NCBI RefSeq assembly: GCF_021869535.1
Contig: NW_026262581.1
Location: forward strand, 115,568,001 to 115,632,000
Reading direction: 5' to 3'
Length of the DNA stretch: 64,000 nt
Source: Mytilus californianus
Taxonomy: Eukaryota
The stretch's first letter is position 1; every line of letters begins with the position of its first letter. Shown here one piece after another: positions 26,601 through 41,232 of the stretch. Position numbers and translations under genes: made by a program. The notes under the pieces were generated by a model. It saw only the letters and a program-made list of their open reading frames with translations. It was not told the DNA's origin and made no database searches.

Positions 26601-29249
26601 AAATAGCTTAACTCAATCAAAGGACATATTAACACCAGTGAACATACACTGAACAAATAAATTTGACCTATGATACAATGTAAATACAAAATAAATAAAC
26701 TAAGGGAAGAATAATAAAAGTAACATGTTATATCGGTATGAAATGTTAAACAGTTTAAGAAAAACAATATGCTCGAACAAAAATATCAGCCATTTGCAAT
26801 TACTTTAAACACAGGTAAATGAAAATAATTTTGTTGTTTGGTATACGTGTACAGTTCCAATAGAGAAAGGAAATATTTTTACAAAATAAATAGTTTTGAT
26901 GTTCTAGCTTGATAATACAATTAATTATCTAATTACTACCACAATTGTATATTAATAAGTATTGTAATTTTCATTGTTATTAATACATGTTATATCGGTA
27001 TTACAAACCTAATCTTGAACTCTATCCTATTTTTTGGAAATTTATAGAAATTTATATGTGACGTCACATTGTGCGTCGATCTCTTCGGCTAACATATAAT
27101 ACGTTGTTCGGCTGTGCTGATTTAGGTTGTTTTACGTATTTGTTTTTATTCTGTAGTAAGTCACCACTTCGGTGTTAACATGTATATCTATTATATAGTC
27201 ATTTTTATAAATTTACTGTTTGCAAAAGTATGAATTATTCTAAATACTAAGGATTTTCTTATCCCAGGCATATAACCTTAGCCGTATTTGGCACAACTTT
27301 TTGGAACTTTTGGTCCTCAATGCTCTTCAACTTTGTAATTTGTTTTGGTTTTCGAACTTTTTTTATCTGAGCATCACTGATGGGTCTTGTGAAGACGTAA
27401 CACGCGTCTGGCGTATTAAATTATAAGCCTTGTACCTTTTGATAGCTATTATTTGTGTATGTGTCTGTCCTGTATGTTCTCCCATTTTTTTGTATTGTAG
27501 TCCTGTCATGTAATCTTGTCATTTTAATGTTATATTTAACATTGCCATAAAAGCGGGAGGTTTGGCTAGCCACAAAACCAGGTTCAACCTACCATTTTTT
27601 CTTAAAATGTCCTATACCAAGACAGGAAAATGGCCATTGTTATATTATAGTTCGTTTCTGTGTGTGTTGCATTTTAGTGTTGTGTTTCTGTTGTGTCTTT
27701 GTTCTCTTATATTCGATGTGTTTCCCTCAGTTTTAGTTTGTAACCCGGATTTGTTTTTTTTTTCTCAATCGATTTATGAGTTTCGAATAGCGGTATACTA
27801 CTGTTGCTTTTATTTGAATCAGAAAGTTAAACTTTAAATACAAAACATCGGCAATTACCTCGGATCTTTTCCTCACTACTCGTGCAGAAAAAAACACGGT
27901 GACGAGTGTTACCCGCCCATATTGTGTTACCATTGTTCTGTATCTTCTTATATAAAAAAATTGGCATTACACAAGCCATCTTAAGACGACGATGTCTTAG
28001 ACTTAATCTTTACTTTAATGGATTTCGAAAAAAATGCTGATCTTAATTTTTTATATTCTGATTGTTTTCTTTGGTAGTTTAAAGTTGTATATGCTTTATA
28101 AAGTAAATCAGTTTATATTTTACCTCCATACAACATCCAGTTATTTTTCGATAATCCAAATAATGTTAAACTTGCGATAGAGGACACAAAACCAATTGAT
28201 ACAATCAATTCGTCTGTAATATTTTTGAAGCATATCTGTAAAACTTTAAGAATTATTGTTCCGCCTACAAACACTACAATATCATTGCAACCACTAAACC
28301 AACCGATATATTCTGAAGACCAACAAAATGGTGAACTCAATGTATATATCATTCTTATAGAGCTGCTTGCAGACAGTGACATCATATTAATAAAGAATAT
28401 TAACAAATACATCAAAACGTAATTTACACTGCGGGTTATATTTTCACTTCTGGTACACCAGGAAAATATTTCTCCGGGAGATATTGACATTTGTGTTTCT
28501 TCATTTTTTTTCCAAGTCTCATTTAAAGTGAATACCACTAAAATTACTAAGAAGAAAATAATCCCCCCTGAAATAGCGAAAGGATACATATAACCTGCAA
28601 AGTCTATCAGATATCCCGTACTTATATAAGAAAAGAAAATTCCAAATCCTAGTGATGCATCATATATAGCTAAAACAATCGTTCTTTCTTTTCCTTTTGA
28701 TGTTCCGTCTGCTAACAGTGACACACTTGCAATGTGGAAAGTATTGTATGTACCAGAAAGTCCTTCAACTGCAAATCCAAATAAAAAGTAATACAAATTA
28801 AGATCAAAGTAAATAGCTACCGCCTTCATTGCAAAGGAAATTGCCATAACTGTTAAATTCCATAGCAAAATCTTTTTCCGTCCTATTCTATCTACCATAG
28901 GTCCAACGAAAATAATAAATGGAATAGCAATTCCGTATTCGGCTAGTGTAATATACCATACCCAGTCGGACGCTATGGCCTGTATGTCATCGTCGGAAGT
29001 GCCATTTACAGTACAACTCTGAGATACAATTTTCGAATGATTCTGATTTGAATTCCCCATCGAATTTTTTGCAGAGTCGTGACTTTTAACGTAAGCATAA
29101 ATATATTGTGTCGTTGCGGAGCCGGAAATGGCCAAACCAAGAGTATTTATTATCACATATATCATAACTTTCCAGCGTGTACTTATCCATGTTGATTTTT
29201 GCTGTTGCCGAAGCTGTTGCTCATACAATAGCGGTTTGTGTTCCTCCAT
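23603..29249 (-). CDS. SLC46 family MFS transporter, copy B, 486 aa; exons 29249..28124, 25633..25550, 24555..24396, 23693..23603
   Basis: Motifs GPMVDRIGRK, EGLSGT, LLADGT and PFCWSSE. Exon phases match copies A and C; total 1461 nt open. Confidence 0.9.
25230..25563. repeat. Degenerate 26-bp minisatellite derived from the exon2/intron2 junction of SLC46 copy B
   Basis: 13 units of consensus tgtaccacttaccttgtttatcttga; the last unit (25538..25563) is the real splice junction. Confidence 0.8.
26212..26700. repeat. Interspersed repeat, same family as 48636..49090
   Basis: Shared ggtcaaagtacggtcttcaacacggagcctt...cctgacttaggacaggtgcaaacaaatgcagcggg...catagaaagacacactataaaatatcaa. Confidence 0.85.
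27165..27450 (+). mobile_element. Third copy (opposite orientation) of the hammerhead-bearing repeat
   Basis: Plus strand 27369..27414 reads gagcatca-CTGATGG-gtct-tgtga-agac-GTAA-cacgc-GTC-tggcgt. Confidence 0.6.
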
Positions 29250-29842
29250 TTTCAGATATAACTTTCACTCAGACCATATTAAGATGCTATAGTGAAATAA
29301 TATAGATGTGTTTGGTATCATTTCATATATACCCGTTATAGGTCAATTAAATCAACCTGTATAAAACAAATAAACAGATTGGTCAATGTTCGATTACTTA
29401 TGCAAGAATTTTCATATCTTCTGAACTTGTGGTTTGTAAATATAATCATAGCAATAGTCAAAAGAGGAATAATAGTACAGCTAAGAATGAAATATAACGT
29501 AAGGAAAATAGTACATAACTAATGCGTACAAAAATTGTTTATGCATATAAATGAATATTACCGACAGGAATAAACTGAACATGAATAAATATCATTTATT
29601 CAAACACCCAGTTGGTTATGGCACATAGTGATCATCTACCAGAAGGCTCTATTAGGTCATAAAGACATATTTGTACATGATTCAACTAAAATATTACTTG
29701 TACAACGAAATCATTGGTGCACAATAAAAAACAATAATATTGAAACCTTGGCTATTTTGAAAAAGTATATTTTTTTTCCAATTTTTTGCTGAATGACTAT
29801 TGTATGTCACGATGAACCTGCTTCACTTTACCAAAAATATCG

Positions 29843-32800
29843 CAAAGTACAACGGATCAACTCAGCCATCAATAACCAACTCCTCTGACAAAATAGACAC
29901 AAAGTACAACGGATCAACTCAGCCATCAATAACCAACTCCTCTGACAAAATAGACACAAAGTACAACGGATCAACTCAGCCATCAATAACCAACTCCTCT
30001 GACGAAATAGACACAAAGTACAACGGATCAACTCAGCCATCAATAACCAACTCCTCTGACGAAATAGACACAAAGTACAACGGATCAACTCAGCCATCAA
30101 TAACCAACTCCTCTGACAAAATAGACACAAAGTACAACGGATCAACTCATCCATCAATAACCAACTCCTCTGACGAAATAGACACAAAGTACAACGGATC
30201 AACTCAGCCATCAATAACCAACTCCTCTGACAAAATAGACACAAACTACAACGGATCAACTCAGCCATCAATAACAAACTCCTCTGACGAAATAGACATA
30301 AAGTACAACGGATCAACTCAGCCATCAATAACCAACTCCTCTGACAAAATAGACACAAAGTACAACGGATCAACTCAGCCATCAATAACCAACTCCTCTG
30401 ACAAAATAGACACAAAGTACAACGGATCAACTCAGCAATCAATAACCAACTCCTCTGACGAAATAGACACAAAGTACAATGGATCAACTCAGCCATCAAT
30501 AACCAACTCCTCTGACATAATAGACACAACTCCTCTGACAAAATAGACACAAAGTACAATGGATCAACTCAGCCATCAATAACCAACTCCTCTGACAAAA
30601 TAGACACAAAGTACAACGGATCAACTCAGCCATCAATAACCAACTCCTCTGACAAAATAGACACAACTCCTCTGACAAAATAGACACAAAGTACAATGGA
30701 TCAACTTAGCCATCAATAACCAACTCCTCTGACAAAATAGACACAAAGTACAACGGATCAACTCAGTCATCAATAACCAACTCTTCTGACGAAATAGACA
30801 CAAAGTACAACGGATCAACTCAGCCAACAATAACCAACTCCTCTGACAAAATAGACACAAAGTACAACGGATCAACTCAGCCATCAATAACCAACTCCTC
30901 TGACAAAATAGACACAAACTACAACGGATCAACTCAGCCATCAATAACCAACTCCTCTGACGAAATAGACACAAAGTACAACGGATCAACTCAGCCATCA
31001 ATAACCAACTCCTCTGACAAAATAGACACAAACTACAACGGATCAACTCAGCCATCAATAACCAACTCCTCTGACAAAAAAGACACAAAGTACAATCGAT
31101 CAACTCAGCCATCAATAACCAACTCCTCTGACAAAAATGACACAAAGTACTATGGATCAACTCAGCCATCAATAACCAACTCCTCCGACAAAATAGACAC
31201 AAAGTACAACGGATCAACTCATCCATCAATAACCAACTCCTCTGACAAAATAGTTACAAAGTACAACGGATCAACTCAGCCATCAATAACCAACTCCTCC
31301 GACAAAATAGAGACAAAGTACAACGGATCAACTCAGCCATCAATGACCAACTCCTCTGACAAAATAGACACAAAGTACAACGGATCAACTCAGCCATCAA
31401 TAACCAACTCTTCTGACGAAATAGACACAAACTACAACGGATCAACTCAGCCATCAATAACCAACTCCTCTGACAAAATAGACACAAACTACAACGGATC
31501 AACTCAGCCATCAATAACCAACTCCTCTGACAAAATAGACACAAAGTACAACGGATCAACTCAGCCATCAATAACCAACTCCTCTGACAAAATAGACACA
31601 AACTACAACGGATCAACTCAGCCATCAATAACCAACTCCTCTGACAAAATAGACACAAACTACAACGGATCAACTCAGCCATCAATAACCAACTCCTCTG
31701 ACAAAATAGACACAAAGTACAACGGATCAACTCAGCCATCAATAACCAACTCCTCTGACAAAATAGACACAAACTACAACGGATCAACTCAGCCATCAAT
31801 AACCAACTCCTCTGACGAAATAGACACAAAGTACAACGGATCAACTCAGCCATCAATAACCAACTCCTCTGACAAAATAGACACAAACTACAACGGATCA
31901 ACTCAGCCATCAATAACCAACTCCTCTGACAAAATAGACACAAAGTACAACGGATCAACTCAGCCATCAATAACCAACTCCTCTGACGAAATAGACACAA
32001 AGTACAACGGGTCAACTCAGCCATCAATAACCAACTCCTGTGACGAAATAGACACAAAGTACAACGGATCAACTCAGCCACCAATAACCAACTCCTCTGA
32101 CGAAATAGACACAAAGTACAACGGATCACCTCATCCACATTAACAAACTCCACTAACAAAATAAACACAAAGTACAACGGATCAACTCAGCCATCAATAA
32201 CCAACTCCTCTGACAAAATAGACACAAACTACAACGGATCAACTCAGCCATCAATAACCAACTCCTCTGACAAAAAAGACACAAAGTACAATCGATCAAC
32301 TCAGCCATCAATAACCAACTCCTCTGACAAAAATGACACAAAGTACTACGGATCAACTCAGCCATCAATAACCAACTCCTCCGACAAAATAGACACAAAG
32401 TACAACGGATCAACTCATCCATCAATAACCAACTCCTCTGACAAAATAGTTACAAAGTACAGCGGATCAACTCAACCATCAATAACCAACTCCTCTGACA
32501 AAATAGACACAAAGTACTACGGATCAACTCAGCCATCAATAACCAACTCCTCCGACAAAATAGACACAAAGTACAACGGATCAACTCAGCCATCAATAAC
32601 CAACTCCTCTGACAAAATAGACACAAAGTACAACGGATCAACTCAGCCATCAATGACCAACTCCTCTGACAAAATAGACACAAAGTACAACGGATCAACT
32701 CAGCCATCAATAACCAACTCCTCTGACAAAATAGACACAAACTACAACGGATCAACTCAGCCATCAATAACCAACTCCTCTGACAAAATAGACACAAACT

Positions 32801-34493
32801 ACAACGGATCAACTCAGCCATCAATAACCAACTCCTCTGACAAAATAGACACAAAGTACAACGGATCAACTCAGCCATCAATAACCAACTCCTCTGACAA
32901 AATAGACACAAACTACAACGGATCAACTCAGCCATCAATAACCAACTCCTCTGACAAAATAGACACAAACTACAACGGATCAACTCAGCCATCAATAACC
33001 AACTTCTCTGACAAAATAGACACAAAGTACAATGGATCAACTCAGCCATCAATAACCAACTCCTCTGACATAATAGACACAACTCCTCTGACAAAATAGA
33101 CACAAAGTACAATGCATCAACTCAGCCATCAATAACCAACTCCTCTGACAAAATAGACACAAAGTACAACGGATCAACTCAGCCATCAATAACCAACTCC
33201 TCTGACAAAATAGACACAACTCCTCTGACAAAATAGACACAAAGTACAATGGATCAACTTAGCCATCAATAACCAACTCCTCTGACAAAATAGACACAAA
33301 GTACAACGGATCAACTCAGCCATCAATAACCAACTCTTCTGACGAAATAGACACAAAGTACAACGGATCAACTCAGCCAACAATAACCAACTCCTCTGAC
33401 AAAATAGACACAAAGTACAACGGATCAACTCAGCCATCAATTACCAACTCCTCTGACAAAATAGACACAAACTACAACAGATCAACTCAGCCATCAATAA
33501 CCAACTCCTCTGACAAAATAGACACAAAGTACAACGGATCAACTCAGCCATCAATAACCAACTCCTCTGACGAAATAGACACAAAGTACAACGGATCAAC
33601 TCAGCCATCAATAACCAACTCCTCTGACGAAATAGACACAAAGTACAACGGATCAACTCAGCCACCAATAACCAACTCCTCTGACAAAATAGACACAAAG
33701 TACAACGGATCACCTCATCCATCAATAACAAACTCCACTAACAAAATAAACACAAAGTACAACGGATCAACTCAGCCATCAATAACCAACTCCTCTGACA
33801 AAATAGACACAAACTACAACGGATCAACTCAGCCATCAATAACCAACTCCTCTGACAAAAAAGACACAAAGTACAATCGATCAACTCAGCCATCAATAAC
33901 CAACTCCTCTGACAAAAATGACACAAAGTACTATGGATCAACTCAGCCATCAATAACCAACTCCTCCGACAAAATAGACACAAAGTACAACGGATCAACT
34001 CATCCATCAATAACCAACTCCTCTGACAAAATAGTTACAAAGTACAACGGATCAACTCAGCCATCAATAACCAACTCCTCCGACAAAATAGAGACAAAGT
34101 ACAACGGATCAACTCAGCCATCAATGACCAACTCCTCTGACAAAATAGACACAAAGTACAACGGATCAACTCAGCCATCAATAACCAACTCTTCTGACGA
34201 AATAGACACAAACTACAACGGATCAACTCAGCCATCAATAACCAACTCCTCTGACAAAATAGACACAAACTACAACGGATCAACTCAGCCATCAATAACC
34301 AACTCCTCTGACAAAATAGACACAAAGTACAACGGATCAACTCAGCCATCAATAACCAACTCCTCTGACAAAATAGACACAAACTACAACGGATCAACTC
34401 AGCCATCAATAACCAACTCCTCTGACAAAATAGACACAAACTACAACGGATCAACTCAGCCATCAATAACCAACTCCTCTGACAAAATAGACA
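29843..34493. repeat. 57-bp minisatellite array, about 81 units, 4.65 kb, with higher-order block duplications
   Basis: Unit acaaagtacaacggatcaactcagccatcaataaccaactcctctgacaaaatagac. Diagnostic variant blocks recur at offsets of about 1.2, 1.6, 2.55 and 2.78 kb. Confidence 0.97.
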
Positions 34494-34700
34494 TGCACAT
34501 TAAAGACAAACAACACTCGGTCCATATGTACCGAAAAGGCACATGCAATAAATGTAATCTTCGAACAAATATTTTTATTTTTAAATAAATATAACAAAAA
34601 AAGATTTATATATGAATTCAAAACATTTAAGTCTATTACAAGGAGAGTTATTTTTGCCAATTATAAAATAATCTGAAAATCCGACTTTTTCATAAAGTTG

Positions 34701-37700
34701 TCAAGATGGCGTATCGGAATTTTGTATTTGCGGATTATCGATGTCTAACTCGATTGGATCTTTTGTCGAATTTGTCTTGCATGTTACAAATCTGAAATGA
34801 CATAATTAAAATCGTTCAAATATTTCAACATACATGTGCATCTAGATGCTGTGGATTCATAATACCTCCATAATACATTATTATGTATGTTGTACACAAA
34901 GATGGTAACGCAACGTTCTCATAAGTACATAAAACTGATTTGTAAATAAGTATATTAATATAAAATTTTAACAACTAAAGAAAGAAGCGTTTGTTTTTTT
35001 TTTTTTATCTTTCTCAAGAACTTGTATCAAAGCTAACATTATTCATAACACATTCTATACAAATGTGTCGTTACTATGAACAAAAGGAGAAATGGGATAG
35101 GAGCCAAAACATGTCTAGAGGTCGACCATATTCTAAGGTCGACAAGAAACAAATGTCTATGCAAAATATGTCAAGCTCTAAATTTTCTCGAATGTAGAAA
35201 AGATGCGAATGCTTTTAATGATAAATCTAATATATTCGGTAAAAAACTCATCAGAGCTTATGTTTGTATGTTTCATGCTATGCCGAATCAAAATAAAATT
35301 GTCTATGACAAAAAAAATCAAGTCATAATTAAAGACATGAGACATGCACATATACTACTCATGACCCACTCACTGTTAATTTCCCATGTAATCAATCAAA
35401 CATGCTATTTAAGTTCCTTTGACAGTGTCATTATTTTTAATCATAAGACTATTTTCTCAACTTAGAATGATTCTTAAAGTTAATTCCAGTATCTTTTTAA
35501 CATCTTCGTTTACTGTGATTTGTGATGTCAACGCACAACTGTTTTTTTTTATATAAACTTACATCATCATAACAAGAGCTATGAAAGGAAATCCTGCCAT
35601 TACAAAGAATACAAATCCTTTGTGTAATGTAACTGTATGATGATAGATGTTATTAAATATGGTAGATCCAAAAATTGTACAAATTGTATCTAACAGATAT
35701 ATATTTGAAAAAAGTGCACCTGAAAGTAGAAAATAAAGAATTGTATTAGTATTGTAACCTATTGACAGTAATGAAATGTAGGAAAACTGTGTTCTTCCAG
35801 CAAGAAAGTCTAAGCCAAGGAGGAATAAAGTAATCATTATTCAATCAATAGTAAAATTGACCTATTTTTGATATGACTATGGAATCAGCTGACTTGTAAA
35901 TAATGCTTTACAGGAGATGTTAACTCTATCGACGCACCAAGGTTCACTTCTGATAGGGTTTATGTGGTACCAATTATTTTCACCCCATGTTTGTTTTTTA
36001 TATTTAGTATTTCATTTGAAATGATGTATTAATACCATCTTCATACACTTGTTATAAAATGTAACTTAAAGATGAGGTAGAGATATTTTTACGTAACATT
36101 TGAAATTTACGAACTGTTTTAACATAAACAAAAAAAAACATTTGTTTGTCGTTTTTTTTTTTATATAAAATTTACAATGTGCATTGTCGCATTTGTTCTT
36201 ATACTTTATGTTACCTTGTTTATCTGGATGCACAGCTCTGGATAAAATGGCTTTGATCAAAGGTATTGGAAGAATCTTTAGAATACCAACTGCTGCAGCT
36301 ACAAACATGTAGAAAATAAGAAACCAGTTGAAATATATCAATGTTTAAAGTTTGACAAGACTACGTGTCGAAATAATGTATCGTACTCAAAGCAATTTTA
36401 GGATTTCTAACAAAATAATCGCATAATTTGTTTTACACTAATTTTCAATGTGCTAGTATACATTTTATACGGGAAGGACACAGTGTAAATATATTTTTAA
36501 AGATAAAATCTTAATGAAAAGACATTTTGTATTCCGTTTATGAAAGAAGGACTTCGTAACCAATGATCAAACAAATATTATACCTTTGATTTAAATAATC
36601 AAGAATTTTCTAATTATACCACAGACATTTACCCAATGGACTTGACATTCCATAAACCTAAAATGAACAACACAATTGTCCTTTTCTAGATTTTGATACT
36701 TCAGTTTTATAAGACTAACTCTATTACGACAAAAAGACGATCTTTCCTTCTTTTTTTTTTACTTAATTCCTTTGATCTGTTCTTACGGTTTGCATCTTTT
36801 CCAACTCGGTCGCTTTGTCCGTATCTGTAGTTATGTCTTTGAAATCTATGTATAATTTATTTTAACTGGTAAATCATTAAGTTATGGATGTTATTACCAC
36901 AAATTACTAAAAATCTTTACCTTTTAAATCATTTAATGAATACAATGATTTCCTTTGACTGTAGAAATCTTACCTCAGACGGAATTTCACATGCAGATTT
37001 AGCTTATTTAAGCTTCTAGCCCCGGTTTTTGATGGGGTTCGTGTTGCTCAGTCTTTAGATTTCTGTGTTGTGTTTTGTGTACAGTTGTTTGTATTTTTGT
37101 AGGTTTTTTTTTTTTGCCCTGGCGTTATCAGTTTATTTTCGACTTGTGGTATCTTTCGCATCCGTTTATAAGCCGTAATTTAAGATACTTTTTTTTCTTT
37201 TGTACGCCGTAATTTAAGACACGTTATTTTTTTTTCTTGTAGTTAGAACTGTGAAATTGTCTGTAAGAGTACTAAAATTAATTTCATTTTTTAAAGATAA
37301 ATATATAACTAAACACACATTGCTATTTGGTTATAAAAGCCTTATTATCTACGATTTTAACAGTATAATTTGAAAAATTACAGGAGGGTTGTTAATTCTT
37401 CAAACTTTTACAAGAATGGAATATTGAATAATGATTCACTATTAACAATCAGTATGGTTACATTTTTTTTTTTCAAAATAAGATAAAAAAAAAACAAACT
37501 TCCCTGCTACATTCTCATTACAATGCAAGCAATTACGTCACACTGGCCAAGTTCCCTAAAACCACGTTTCATTGCAATAGCTCCAATTACGTAAAACTAT
37601 GTTGGTTTAGTGGAGTATCGCCAATTTATTGGATATCTCTTATTCACTAAACCTAATGTGGCGTATCACTTACATTCATATATCATCCAATCATTCGTAG

Positions 37701-38808
37701 ACAATCCGAAGAGTATGTAACTCGCAACAGATGATAATAAACCGAATATTACAACCAGTTCATCAGTAATATTTTTGAAACATATCTGCAAAATTTTGAG
37801 AATAACTGTTCCACCTACAAACACTAAAATAGAACTACCAGCACTAAACCACCCGATGTGTTCCGAAGACCAACAAAATGGTGAACTCAAAGTAAATATC
37901 GTTGTTATAGATCCTGACGATGGCATATTATAAATTAAGAATATTATTAAATAAATTAAAATATAACTAACACCACGGCTTATGTTTTCTACATTTGTAA
38001 ACAAGGAAAATATTTGTCCTAAAAACGCCGACACTTTTATTCGACTTTCCGTTTCATGATGCACCAGAGATTCGTCTAAAGTAATTGCTACTAAAATTGT
38101 AAAGAAGAAAAATATTCCACCTGAAATAGCAAATGGATAAATAAAACCTGTGAACTCTATTAAATATCCTGTCCCTATAAAAGAAACGAAAGCTCCTAAT
38201 CCTATTAGCGCATCATATATCACCATAACAATAGTTCTATCTTTTCCTTTCGATGTTGTATCCGCTAGTAATGCACAACATGCTATACTGAATATGGAAA
38301 ATGTTCCAGAAAGTCCTTCAATTGCGAATCCAACTAAAAAGTAATACAAGTTCAGTTTCAAATAAATAGTAAGTGTTTTAACTGCAAACGAAAGAGTCAT
38401 AAGTGATAAATTCCATAGTAAAACTGGTTTACGACCTATTCTATCTACCAAAGGTCCAATGAAAACAATAAATGGAATTGCAATTCCGTATTCGGCTAGT
38501 GTAATATACCATGACCAGTCGGCCGATATCGCTTGTATTTTATAGTCGGAAGTACCATTTGCACTACAACTCTCATTTTTTGAAAAACTGTTATTTGAGT
38601 TCGTTGCCGAGTTATTTGCAAAGTCGTGACTTTTTACATATTCATAAATATATTGTGTTTGTGCTGAGCCTGCAATGAGTAAAGCAATCGTATTGATCAT
38701 CGCATATATCATCACTTTCACACGTGTGCTTATCCATTTTGGCTTCAGCTGTTGTTCGATCTGTTGCGCTTTCAGTAGAGGTTCGTGCTCATTTCCGCGG
38801 AACTCCAT
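34701..38808 (-). CDS. SLC46 family MFS transporter, copy C, 488 aa; exons 38808..37674, 36298..36215, 35719..35563, 34791..34701
   Basis: Motifs GPLVDRIGRK, EGLSGT, LLADTT and PFCWSSE. Exon 2 (84 nt) and exon 4 (91 nt) have the same lengths as in copy B. AATAAA on the minus strand at 34574..34579. Confidence 0.9.
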
Positions 38809-39539
38809 TAAGATAAACTTTCCTTTGTAAAATATAGACCTAGATTATACACATATGTCCGGTCAATGAATGTTTACCTGTATCGACGGTATTTAAAATC
38901 CTATATTTAATAATTAATAGAACTGGTCAATGCATAGGTCACATTTTCGAACATATTCGGAATTACATGTCCTACATTTTAAACTTGTTATATGATCAGT
39001 ATTAAAGCATATCATCTGTTTAAAAAAAAATCAATATGGACGTTACACCTGGAATGTTTAAAGATAGTTGTGAACGGAGCCATGAATAAATGTGTATACT
39101 GATAATTACATGTACACATACTTATTATATACTACTACATGTAGAGCATTATTTTTATACTTGTAAATAGATTGTAAATCAGAAAATCGTATACCAGCGT
39201 CTTGTTACTCTAACTAGGTTAATAAATATCAATTATAATGTCCCTCGAGATAAAAAAAATAAACGTTAACATGATACTACGATGAAAATAAACACATTTT
39301 GGTGAGAATTGCACAAATGAACGTCCCTACTCACGCCCTATTAATATTGGACCTTTTCAACAATTGTCTACACCTACAGTTGACAACGACTACGACAGGT
39401 AAGATGTTAGGGGTCGTCTCAAAGTAATAATGGTTGTATATAATGGTTACAAGTAACTGAGTTGAAAGGAATTGGTTTTTTTTTTGCCTATATGTATTTA
39501 CCACAACGATATTTTTCTTTTTTTGAATTAAGTATATAA

Positions 39540-39737
39540 GAGGGTCTGGATGGGGTTTACAGAATAGACATAAATGGATCAATACTACAGAATCATGGGC
39601 AAAAAAATAAGGAGTGGGGAACAATGGGGTGCTAAATTATAAAGAATAGAGAATAATGGGCAAAATAATTAAGAATAGAGAAAAATGGCTTAAAAAGTAA
39701 GAGAATACAGAATTGAGGGATCCCCATCCAGACCCTC
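39540..39737. mobile_element. 198-bp MITE with perfect 16-bp TIRs
   Basis: gagggtctggatgggg at 39540..39555 and ccccatccagaccctc at 39722..39737; no TSD recognised. Confidence 0.7.
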
Positions 39738-41232
39738 AGGAATGAATAAAAGGGAGATCTTCTATATTCTATTCAATATTTTTAGAAGATGAGATTCAAG
39801 CTACTTTAAACTAGCAAAAGGAAAAAAATAAGTAGTACATATTTAAACAGACAATTGTTTTATGTCTATTGACAAGGGCGGCATATGTCTATACAAAGTC
39901 CGTTATGTTTGACCTCAGATTCCTTCGTAATGTACTTTATACTTAGTAGTTTTTTTTTTTATTTCACTCATGTTCAATTTAAATCTGTATTCAGTGACAA
40001 TTTGTAAATAATATTTAGATAAAGCGAATTTTTTATTTCCTATTTTGGTTATATTTTGTTTTTAATTCCAATAGCACAAAACAGACTTTGACTATAGTGA
40101 GACAAGTCAAGCACGGGCAATGGACACGGCACGAATAAAGCATAAAATCACACAATGCAACACATAAAACAGACATTCAGAGTTACCGCGTGATCTGCAA
40201 TACTGTCTGGTAATCATTACCAAGTAGCGAGATCTGATCGGCCCCGATAAAAAAAGAGATCAAATCCAATGCCGCAGCATAATATAATTGTAAAATAAAA
40301 AATTCTTCCAAGAAAAGAATATACCATTGACCAACATATTCCGGGGTTGGAACAGGCGCATAAAATATGCGGCGGTGGTTTTACTTATATAATTGGATCC
40401 AAAACCTCCCTCTATGTTTGGTCAGAGGTGAAATAAAAAAAGACCATTGGGACGCATAGTAAAACTAGATAAGAGTAGAAAACTGAAGCGTAGATCAACA
40501 AAAGGGAAAATCAAGAAACAAAAACTAATCCGGAGACAAGAGAAAAAGGGCAATTTTCTCATAGAAAACCAAAGATATATGAGAAAAAAACTGACTCCGT
40601 AAACTGGGATGAACGCAAGTGCTCCAACAGGGTAAGCAGTTCTAGCTTCTGACAAGACACTAGACGTGTTCCTCGTAAAGGTTATGCCCGGTAACGAAGA
40701 AAATGTATCAATTACAAAAGGACAACTTTTAACAGTCAATTATATATATTCAATATGTACAACAGGTATAGTGAAGATCTGTTGAGAAACGCAACTTCTA
40801 CGATGTCCACAAGTGCGTTACGGACAGACAGATAGTCCCGTTACAATGTCCTATCCGTAACTTAATTACTATGGGGATGATAAAATGTAGTCATAAAATA
40901 ACATTCCAAAAACGAGTTAACGGCTATTGGCAAACGGTGCGGTCTTTCATGGAAAACTCGTACAACTAAAAATTAATAATCATATTACCGAAGAATCAAT
41001 GGATTCGGATGTGAATAGATTGCCAATTTTTTTTTTTTGATTTATAGAATTGAACGAAAATTGATTTATAAATAAATGTTTACATATAATAACTAAATAA
41101 GTATTACGGTATATGAAAGAAAGGGAAAAAACACAGAAAATCCACAATAGCTATATTTGCTCAATATCCGTTCTTTTTCAAAATAATACCATTCAAATCG
41201 AATATGTACGTATATGTTACATGCATGTTATA

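Noticed and set aside
29800-34660. Many long ORFs on both strands (NGSTQPSITNSSDKIDTKY and CTLCLFCQRSWLLMAELIR repeats) as real proteins, or the array as a CRISPR
   Set aside because: They follow from a 57-bp stop-free unit. Frames are broken by 22-bp partial units and 1-nt indels, there are no splice or signal features, and there are no unique spacers or cas genes in this eukaryotic DNA.
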